This document shows positions 26,801 through 35,310 of a stretch of DNA of 64,000 nt, one piece after another. How positions within the stretch are numbered: position 1 is the stretch's first letter; each line of letters begins with the position of its first letter. The DNA comes from Ylistrum balloti (lineage: Eukaryota), in NCBI RefSeq assembly GCF_031769215.1, contig NW_026782116.1, positions 1,116,001 through 1,180,000 on the forward strand, read 5' to 3'. The position numbers were made by a program, and so were the translations under genes. Below the pieces are notes generated by a model that had not been told where the DNA came from, ran no database searches, and worked only from the letters and a program-made list of their open reading frames with translations.

Positions 26801-29800
26801 TCATGGTCAGTGTTCATATTGTCAAATTAGAAACAATACATTATTGTCCAGCATAGAATAATTCTGAAAAATACTATTCTAATTAATGTTACTTTAGGGG
26901 GTAACAAATATCATTATTTTTCATATCAGATCAAAGAAGAGTTAGCATCTGTAAATGTAAAATTTACACATACTGACTGATATAAAAGACTGAATTTGAA
27001 ATGTATGTGTACTTACGTATAGAAGAAATTGAATTTGAAGTTTACCTGTCTTTTTTGTAGAAGAGATTATCTCTGGATGGTGATATGAAAACAGTCGCTC
27101 CTTCATCCCGACCTGAGTCTGTTAGCCCGCCAAGTGTGGCCTCTTCACACAGGTCACCCAGTGTGTCTGATGATGGTGTGATTCACATACAACCTGTAGA
27201 GAACAGATTTTGCACAGTCTGGCAGACCATCCTCAATATCTGGTGTGTAATCCTGTATTGGCATTGAAAAAGATGATTACAGGGGAGGGGATAGGTAGAC
27301 TCTGTTTAGCTCAAATACCCGAAGGGCAAATGAACTTATGCCATGGTGCAGTGTCTGTCATACATCCATCTGTCCTGTGTCAACTTTTCCCTTCAAACTA
27401 ATTTTCAATAATAAAAGGCAAAGAGTGCTGATATTGGGTCTGTAGCATGCTGGGATGTGAAGATTGTGCTGTGCAAGAGGAAGCACTTCAGGGTCAGAGT
27501 AAAAGTTGCTAAATTTAGATTATTGCTGAAATAAGTAATATATAGATATATATATATTTGATTTTGGGCATTGTAACACAATTGAGGAAAGAAGACAATT
27601 TTTTACTTGTGCCTTGTCCCCCTCTCAAACTCATGACCAACTGCACCAAATCGTCTGTCCAAGAAATCTCAAACTGCCTAACCACCACACCACCTCTACA
27701 TCCCCATTAAAGGATGTTTAGCAGTAGCACTGATAGACAGCTAGAAAATCTGGTCGTGATCATAGTGGCCAATTGTGTAACTATGTGAACACCTGGATTG
27801 CAATGTATATACATACATATGTACCAAATGTACAAATAACACACATCAAACTTTGGTACAATTATGTCGGGTAACTCAAATCTGGAACTAAATATCTATA
27901 TATATATCTTTAATGCAGAATTTATTATGTAAATTCTGAAGTATTTGGTTTCATGACTTCCACATTTGTTTTGAAGTGATACTATGAAGATGTGGGTTGA
28001 AACCTCTGCTGAAAAACACCAACAGGAAATGAATGACACTTTAAACAAGCTGGTCCCTTTCATCAAGGATCTACGCTATCATTTTGAACAGTAAGTAAGC
28101 GAAAGATTACGTATGTCACCTTTGTTTAGGATCTACGCTATTATTTTGACCAGTATGTGATATGTGATGTAAAATAATAAATTCTTTACATCACAATTAT
28201 AATGAGAGATGTTTCATGTGACAAAAAGCAATGGCATTTCTGAACCTTTGATGACCAGTTATATAGAACAGTTTACTAATTACATGTTTTTTGTTTCAGT
28301 ACCTTGAGTTTTTCTCCTACACAGATAAAGTCCCAGCAGATGCATGTGCATGACATATGTATCAAGCTCAACACTTTCTTCTCAGCCATGGAGATAGAGG
28401 TAATATCTGTTAATTTGTCTCCAGACCACTCATTAATTATTTCTCAAATAGTAGCTTTAATTTTAAAAACAAACTACAAACATTGGCACAAATTCTCAAT
28501 ATCAACATTAATTTCTCATAGACAGTAGTGAATATTTGCAGCTCTCACTGTTATATATAATGATATTGTTAGGCAGTGTTACCTCTCAAACTTCTCTGTC
28601 TAGTTATAAACTAAATGCTCCTCACTATGCCATGTCTATATAATTTTGATATCAAGATCCAGATTCCATTCAGTTTACACCAACAATAACCCTTCATTTA
28701 ATATTTAGTTTAAGTTTAGATTAATTCCTGGTAGCAGTTGATGAATTTGATGAATGCAATATCCATCAGTACTATCTGGTATAACCTAATACTCCAATGT
28801 TACCCATGATACAGATGCTCGAGATGGTTGCCATCAGTTATTTGTCACCACTATTCATAAAAATAATTTTGATGCCCATAGTTGTTTGTGTATGGTTAAG
28901 ACATATGCCTGATGTCATTTTTGTCTTCTACAACTATTGTGTAACCGAATCATAAAGCAATGTTTTACGTATGACCCAGTATTGCACTGAAACTGTTGAA
29001 ATGTCAATGTCTTAAGGTCAATCTTGCATTCATTTCAATAAAATACACACATCATGTTATCAAAATCTGGACATGTTACCATGACAACATCACAATATGC
29101 CCAGCACAGTTTTAGAAAGACATTGGTTTGTTTTAGCAGTCAAAACTCCAGGATTTGGAAAATTATTATTGAGATTATTGAGAAGTAAAAAAGGGAAAAA
29201 TTTCCAATGTGTTGGTCCTGATAATTTCTTTCATCACCTTCAATTCTACAAGTGGTTATCAACCTCTTTCAATACACATTAGATAACAACAGGTATTATC
29301 TGGAGGAACATGTATTGGTAGTATGTACAGGATGTATACCTCCAGTGGATTTTCTATTCAATATGAAAATGTCCAGTGGATACTTAAAGTATGCATCCAG
29401 GAGTTCAGTGCAAAAAGAGATGGGTCTTTTGATATTGTGCAGCCACTTTTGTACTGTTGTAGAAATTGAAAATAAACAACTAGAAGTAATTTTACTATTT
29501 TTGATGATGAAGATATCGAAAATCTGCTATGAAATACCCATTAACCTTTTTATACGCCGCATTTTATATTGGCGTCATGTTCTCCGTCTGTCTGTCCGTA
29601 TGTCCATTTCTTGTGAACGCAACTTCTCCTAAACTAATTATCAGATTTTCATGAAACTTGCTCAATGTCACTACTACAATGGGTAGATGTGCATGAAGGG
29701 ACGATTTTGTGGTTCGTTGATTTTTGTAAGATTTATGCCATTTTCAACTTTGTATCTGTACTGCTAATATATTGGAACAAGATATATACAGTGTATTTAT

Positions 29801-30457
29801 CATTCAGGAAAGTTGTGAACCTGTTGAGATTGAGCAAGTTCAACTCTATTTTGCAAGTGAAGAAAGAAGGTAAGTGTATTGGTGTTTTGCTGAGCAGTAA
29901 CATAAAGAGAAAACATTGTATCAATAGTAAATCAGAGTATGTACCTCCAGGAGTCAGGTACTTCATGCAGGACTTGTGTCAGAAGGAATATTTCTGTTTG
30001 TCGTAGACATCTGACGGTGGTACCCAGAAATTGTTTCCCTTATAGCTAATCAGTCCCAGAATAGTTCCCTCAATAAGGATAGATAATATGGTTCTGAAGA
30101 TGCTGATGAGATGTGCTGTATTTTGTCTGATGTTAACTACAGTCACAAATTGTATTACTCCTGTATAATGTCTAGATAATCCTGTCCTTAATATGTTAAA
30201 GTATTGTCATGCAGGTCACACTTTATCATTTTACATATATATATAACACACTATTGCAATGTAATAAATCCAATTCTGATTTATGCTGAACTATTTGAAT
30301 GTGTTAGCATACATGCCATGATAGTGTAGTAGTACCAACTAAACAGATTAACTTAATATTGTGATTTTTGCACAGAACTATGTTGAGAGCTGGTCTACAA
30401 CAACTGGATGAGATGATAAGAAGCTTATTTACATTTCTACACTTACTGCCAGACTGA
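14868..30457 (+). CDS. SWT1: SWT1-like RNA endoribonuclease: N-terminal WW domain, ~500-aa low-complexity linker, PIN domain, Swt1 C-terminal helical domain (~1206 aa)
   Basis: Exons 14868-15038, 15990-17511, 17927-18126 (acceptor uncertain), 18547-18591, 19716-19790, 20116-20197, 20826-20905, 21447-21545, 21840-21921, 22169-22381, 22652-22707, 23453-23547, 24646-24708, 25269-25357, 25497-25578, 26665-26791, 27061-27242, 27977-28090, 28300-28399, 29808-29869, 30376-30457 give a continuous frame. WW: LPFGWIVRQSSSFPDRVYYFNVQTGATTWEMP. PIN acidic motifs: LIVLDTN, VVMQELD, CNDDRILHC, LLSNDKNL. C-terminal region: EMKVAFSDVWMEIVYRKPPW...KHWTAVFG. Confidence 0.9.
15679..15768 (+). repeat. Interspersed repeat, homologous to 42444-42531
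   Basis: ACTAGTGTATTTAGACGGTTTGGCTGGGAGTATTCCC...CTGATCACA...TTGATGCTAA matches the copy at 42444. Confidence 0.85.
20538..20660. repeat. 22-bp degenerate tandem repeat, ~6 copies
   Basis: Unit approximately GAGGACATTGAAAGGCTTGTGT. Confidence 0.85.
23189..23427. mobile_element. PIF/Harbinger-type MITE with long TIRs and CTG target-site duplication
   Basis: GCCCCACTTGTATAAAACATCTCAACTTGAGATTT at the left end is the exact reverse complement of the right end, and the TIR similarity extends ~90 bp. CTG flanks both sides (23186-23188, 23428-23430), consistent with the 3-bp CWG TSD of animal Harbinger elements. Confidence 0.85.
23548..24645 (+). other. Non-canonical GC-AG intron in SWT1
   Basis: The exon ends ...GAT GTG TG, followed by GCAAGT. 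The next exon starts G ATG GAA ATT GTG, restoring W-M-E-I-V-Y-R-K-P-P-W. No GT donor gives this phase. Confidence 0.85.
23579..24240. mobile_element. Fold-back element with nested inverted repeats
   Basis: 23579-23726 is a diverged reverse complement of 23914-24052. A second pair links ~23752-23800 with ~24170-24215. Confidence 0.75.
27290..27530 (+). mobile_element. HINE-like fragment
   Basis: TTTAGCTCAAATACCCGAAGGGCAAATGAACTTATGCCATGG...GTCTGTCATACATCCATCTGTCC. Confidence 0.6.
28430..29540 (+). pseudogene. Candidate endogenous viral element: decayed bunyavirus-like L (RdRp core) fragment inside a SWT1 intron
   Basis: Ordered motif remnants: ISTLISHR (28499-28522), F-like DARDGCHQLFVTTI (28814-28855), A-like NLDMLP* with TGA where Trp is expected (29064-29084), B-like MCWS**FLSS (29207-29236), C-like IH..DNN (29272-29290), D/E-like FSIQYENVQWILKVCIQEF followed by DGSFDIVQPLL (29350-29451). 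The comparison is to Bunyaviricetes motifs recalled from memory; no search was run. Confidence 0.6.
29545..29755 (+). mobile_element. HINE/DINE-1-like fragment
   Basis: TTTTTATACGCCGC...CTCCGTCTGTCTGTCCGTATGTCCATTTCTTGTGAACGCAACTTCTCC...TTTCATGAAACTTG. Confidence 0.7.
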
Positions 30458-30930
30458 AGGCTGTGAGAGAGGTGCTGATATTCTACACCTGCTGTCAGAG
30501 GATTGTAAGGGATTCTACAGATTCAACAACTACTGCCAGACTGAAGGCTGTGAGAGAGGTGCTGATATTCTACACCTGCTGTCAGAGGATTGGAAGGGAT
30601 TCTACAGATTCAACAACTACTGCCAGACTTAAGGCTGGAAGGGACTCTGCACATTTCTGACCTAATGCCAGACTGAAGGTTAGGAGAGGGGTGCTGTACA
30701 TTTCAGCATCTTTTTCCAGACTGAAGGCTGAACGAGATACTGCATGTTTCTACACTTACTGCCATACTGAATGTTGGAAACAGTGCTGCACATTTCTAAA
30801 CCTACTGTTAGACTGAAGGTTTGAAGGGGTGCCTCACATTTCTAAGCCTACTGCCAGACTGAAAACTTGAAGCAATTGTGAACATTTCTACACCTACTGT
30901 CAGACTTAAGGCAGGAAGGGGCACTGCTTG
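30430..30930 (+). repeat. Tandem repeat overlapping the SWT1 stop codon (87-bp dimers of a ~41-46-bp monomer)
   Basis: TACTGCCAGACT recurs at 30444, 30531 and 30618, followed by degenerate monomers. Confidence 0.9.
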
Positions 30931-31928
30931 AAAGATGTAGATCAGTTTTAAATGAGATAATGTTCTTTCATATAGATTTCATTAATATAAGTGTAAGGGG
31001 GTGGTTCTCTGGAGATGTAGAGGTTGGAGAATACTGTACATGAATGTATGCAAAATGGGCTTTCTAATGACAGTATTGCATGAAATGAAAATGGAGGAAC
31101 AGGCCTGGATTCGGACGCTAACATCAGTTAAGTGGTTCATGGGAAAGATAGGATTTGAAATAAGATTATTATATACTTTGTTAGAGTATAAAAAGAACCT
31201 GCTGTGGATGATCAGAAATAAGAAAGAAGGAAAGACTTTGAAAAGGACTGGATTTACTAAAATATTTACACAATAACCGATTCACTTTGAAAACAAAAAG
31301 TGTTGATAGATGATTCACTGAAGAACTTGAAAGCAGATAGTACTTGCATTAAAGTCATATTACTGTAGGTAGAAATTCCTTATTAATCAATTATTTCTAT
31401 GACGGAGAAATTACAATATTGAATGTTGGCTTTGGAAAGAAATACAGAAAAGGAGAGAGTTCAGCTTTGAAGTTCTCTAATGCAGAGAATGTTAAAAATA
31501 CGAGTAGAATGAAGATAACTTTTGTAAGTAAACATTTATAGAATTTTGTGATAAATTAAATGGTGCTTTTCTTGTGATGTTATGATTGCAAGTGCTATGA
31601 ATTGATTGTTAGAGAAACTTTGTTTGTCAATATTGCTTACCCAAACCAGTTGGGTTCTTCATCTGAACTGGTCTTCATTACGAAATATATGTATGTTTCT
31701 TACTCCTATCAAATACTCAATGCAAGTAGTAAAAATAGTATATACTAACAGTATTGTTTTATACTAGAATCATTTCAACTGTTGTTGGCACAGTTATGTC
31801 TATAGAATCTCGATGTTATGCATTCATTAACATGAGAATAATCCATCCAGCTGATTGGCTTCACAAATGACATTCTCAAAACGTTTGCTAATGTTACAGT
31901 GAGGATGTTGGTAATATGTTTGCTTGTG

Positions 31929-32134
31929 GGCATTGGTTCTTTAACTAGGAATATAGTTCCTGGCCTTGGGCATTATTTATATGACAACGAAAATAGTCAT
32001 AAATCTTCCCTGGTTGAAGTAAATTTGCTTTGGCATTGGTTCTTTAACTAAGAATATAATTCCTGGCCTTGGGCATTATTTATATGACAACGAAAATAGT
32101 CAGAAATCTTGCCTGGTTGAAGTAAATTTGCTTA
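31929..32134 (+). repeat. 103-bp direct tandem duplication
   Basis: GGCATTGGTTCTTTAACTA...GAAGTAAATTTGCTT at 31929 and 32032, with few mismatches. Confidence 0.95.
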
Positions 32135-33514
32135 ATCATATGTGAATCGCCAAAACTATATGTCTTTTAAAGACCTTCGTAATATTCTTTTTGTACTCCA
32201 GTGCACTGTATGAATACTAGCAGAAGAAAACTTGGTTTTCCGTTGACTTTTAACAAAATTTAAGAAAAGCAGAAGGTTGATTTCTAAAATAACAGGTAGC
32301 TATATTCACATAATTCTCTTATCTGCAAAGATTCTCCAACAAGAATATGTTTTCATGTTATACAGTATTGAGAAGTTTATTTATGTAGCTATATTATCAG
32401 AGATTACAGGAATATACTATATGATGAGATTGCTGGGAATACAAGTCGATAAACACACATTCAGAGATCAGAAATACTCAGGGGCATGGATAATTATCAA
32501 GATAATTTCATTACTTTTCAGGTTGACTTAATTTTTGTGATGAACACTTTCAATGAACAGTTTTTGATTGAAATATCTAGACAATACCATTGCTTTAATA
32601 TCCAATTTTTTGAGTTTTTGTTAAGAATTGTTGAATGTTTTGGTGTCAACTAAGTCATTCAAGAGGCTTAAACCTGAGAATGTGAGCTTTAAGATTCCAA
32701 AGAATTTGTTGAGAAACATCTTTTCTTGAAAAAATACAAACTATCATTTTAAATAGAAAAGTTCTAGTCATATGATGTTGTAAAACATATTTGTATATAA
32801 AGTGAAGTGTGTATTTTGAGGGGTACAGCTGCTGGACAGCAATTTAAAGGTGCATTAATGATACATTAGTGAAACATAATAACCAAGTTGCAGACAACCA
32901 GCAGGCCTCGTGTTTGCTAACTTAATTATATTTCTTCTCGGGTTGAGATCCCCTTTATCACACTTCTAAGTGGTAAAAGATACTATCAGTCTTTATCTCA
33001 CATTGGTGAGCAACACTTGTCTATTGTAAGATCAGGGAGGAATTCCCCCGCCTGTAATGAAGAGGCTTGATGTTGCTGTGTTGTTAAAATTACAGTTTTT
33101 TTTGTATCATTGTCATTGAAACTTATTTGTGAAAAAAATGCCAAAGTGTTCTCACAGACACATTAATGTTGCAATACCCACATGTGTTCTTATTGCTTCT
33201 CACATGATACATTTCACATTGTATATGCTTGTATATATGGTGCTGCAGAGATGTGTCTTATGAAGTGTACAATAGTAGTTAGTCATCCTGGTACATTACT
33301 TTCAACTTTAATGGTTCCAATTGCAAATGCATTTCCAATATACATGTTAACTTTGTCACTAAAAATATTGACTTGTAGCTGTTACATGCTAAAAACTATA
33401 AATATTAAGTTTTTTGTATAAGATTTTATTCAAATATTGTATACTTACTGATGAACAGATTGTACCAATATTGTGTTACTGTCTCATCTGTGCAAGCTTT
33501 GTCAATAGTTTTAA

Positions 33515-34120
33515 TCAGGTCACCCGAGACAGTCTTGTGGTGACCTATGGCAATCACCTTTTGTCTGGCGTTGTGAGTCGTAAACTAATATTTTCGACTT
33601 CTTCTCAAAAAACCCTGAACCAATTTTACTGAAATTTTACAGAAACCTTCCATACCCAAAGGTGCACTAAAAGTGTAAATCATATGGTCCCCATCCACTA
33701 GGGGTCTGGGGTAGGACAAAAAAAGTGTCAAAAAAGATTCAGGTACTCTTCATGGATGGAAAGGCACTAAGATGCTGTACCAAACTTGTCAATTTCATAA
33801 CCCCAGGGTCCAACATTACCCCCAGGGGAGGGGGAAAATTTACTAAATTTATATAGGAAAATTACATTTTTGAGCATAATTTTATTTATCTTTATTTTCT
33901 ATTGGAAATGATTCAAACATGGTTAGAATTGTTACAATAGGATGACAATTTGATGATATAAACATGTTGATCCTGATTATTATGCACAGTTTACATTTGA
34001 ATTACATGTACAATATAGTTCAATTTATCTTGCTTTATTAACAAGATTATTTCTATGACATGTTATAAAAAGAACAGCATTGTAATTCAGGTGATCATTA
34101 TGGCCATTGGACCTCTAGTT
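33515..34120 (+). mobile_element. Helentron-associated non-autonomous element (HINE/DINE-1-like)
   Basis: Starts AGGTCACCCGAG...GGTGACCTAT (subterminal hairpin), contains TTCGACTTCTTCTCAAAAAC...CCAATTTTACTGAAA, and ends CAGGTGATCATTATGGCCATTGGACCTCTAGTT, the usual layout of these bivalve repeats. Confidence 0.7.
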
Positions 34121-34719
34121 AATTGATAAACGTGAAATGGTAACGAGTGAGGGATAATGTATAAATGATAAAGTTTGGATTTTGAAGTTGTTACTGTTGT
34201 ATCTTCAGAATTGAAAGGAATAGGAGTGTGGAAGCATAAAACTATTATGTGTATTTTCTTAGATGTGATAAACTCTTGAGCATGGTTACATTGAGCAAGC
34301 TGATGTAAATTCATTTGTAGTTTTTGGTTCTGTGAAGCATAACAGCTTGTACGAGATATACATTCAGCAAGTAGCTGCAACTTGTTCATTAGTAAAATAT
34401 ATGAATTGTTGACATTAAAAATGTGTTATAAATTTCAATTGGTTTCTTTTTGTTTTTATCATCAGAATTTAATATTGGTAATAAAAAAAAGAGACCTGAT
34501 AGAGATCTTGGCACTAACAAAGATATTCTCTTGTATCTTTTGGATGCTGTTAGCCATGTCAAGTCCATGAACCATGAGGTACCATATTCAAAAATTCCTT
34601 TTGTTGTCCAGACTAAGATTTGTCGCCAAACCTTAAGTACTAGAAAATTAATTTGTAAAATTACATGAAACAAACATTAGACATCTATTATCTGAGCTTT
34701 TCTATAAAATCTAGAGAAG

Positions 34720-35310
34720 ATCCCTTAACAAGCTTTGAATATCAAAATCCAAAATGGTAATTTCCAGGCAATTTTGAAAATCTAAAAACTCATAAGGTAT
34801 GCACATTACTAGGACCCGAAGTAACCATATTTACAATATTTTATTGAAGTTCAAAATGGCAGCCATCTTTAACATTCCATGAAACTAAAAATATGACGTG
34901 TATTGGTCAATAGGACACACTGAACATGTCCATGAAGTTTCAAAATTACTTCTAAAGCCAAGATTCAAAACTGCAGTCATTTTGAATATCCCGATGAAAC
35001 TCTCGCTGTAGCATAAATACACCTTAAATTTGAATCAGTAGTACTTAGAAATAAATTTATCAAGGAATTCTTTTCAGGAAGGACCCTTTGAACGACAGGC
35101 ATGAACCAGCATTAGAAATATGTCTTTAATGTTGAAAGATCACAAAAGGAAAAATGATCAGTTAGACAAAAAGTTCATGTATATCACACAATGATGGCTA
35201 TAGATCATTTTGATTAGTTGGGTCAGATGACCTTAAAAGCTTACATGTGACCCCAAACAGACAGATGAATGATAGATGCTACTAAGGAGCATTTGTCCAC
35301 ATAATCCTTC
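34720..35310 (-). mobile_element. HINE-like element
   Basis: CAAAATCCAAAATGG...CAAAATGGCAGCCATCTT internal repeats, and a GGTCAGATGACCTTAAAA / CAGACAGATGAATGATAG end. Confidence 0.55.

Larger units (their letters stand above)
31000..34670 (+). pseudogene. Candidate endogenous viral element: decayed hantavirus/bunyavirus-like L gene (endonuclease region to motifs F/A), interrupted by a 103-bp duplication and a HINE
   Basis: Stop-poor plus-strand frames: 31383-31748 (122 codons, 3 internal stops), 32163-32531 (2 internal stops) and 32921-33421 (167 codons, 2 internal stops). Motif-like strings occur in L-protein order: RLENTVHE, IAYPNQLGSSSELVFITKY, VMSIE, RLLGIQVDKHT, KRYYQSL...NEEA, TLSLK, R-EIYI, EFNIGNKKK, LLYLLDA. 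The comparison is to recalled hantavirus L sequence. Confidence 0.6.

Noticed and set aside
30463-30660. 65-aa ORF with an internal repeat
   Set aside because: It is a by-product of the 87-bp tandem repeat in the SWT1 3'UTR.
34755-34785. RdRp motif B look-alike (AATTTCCAGGCAATTTT, N-F-Q-G-N-F with a slip)
   Set aside because: It lies within the CAAAATGG...CCATTTTGAAAAT internal repeat of a HINE and is better explained by that repeat.
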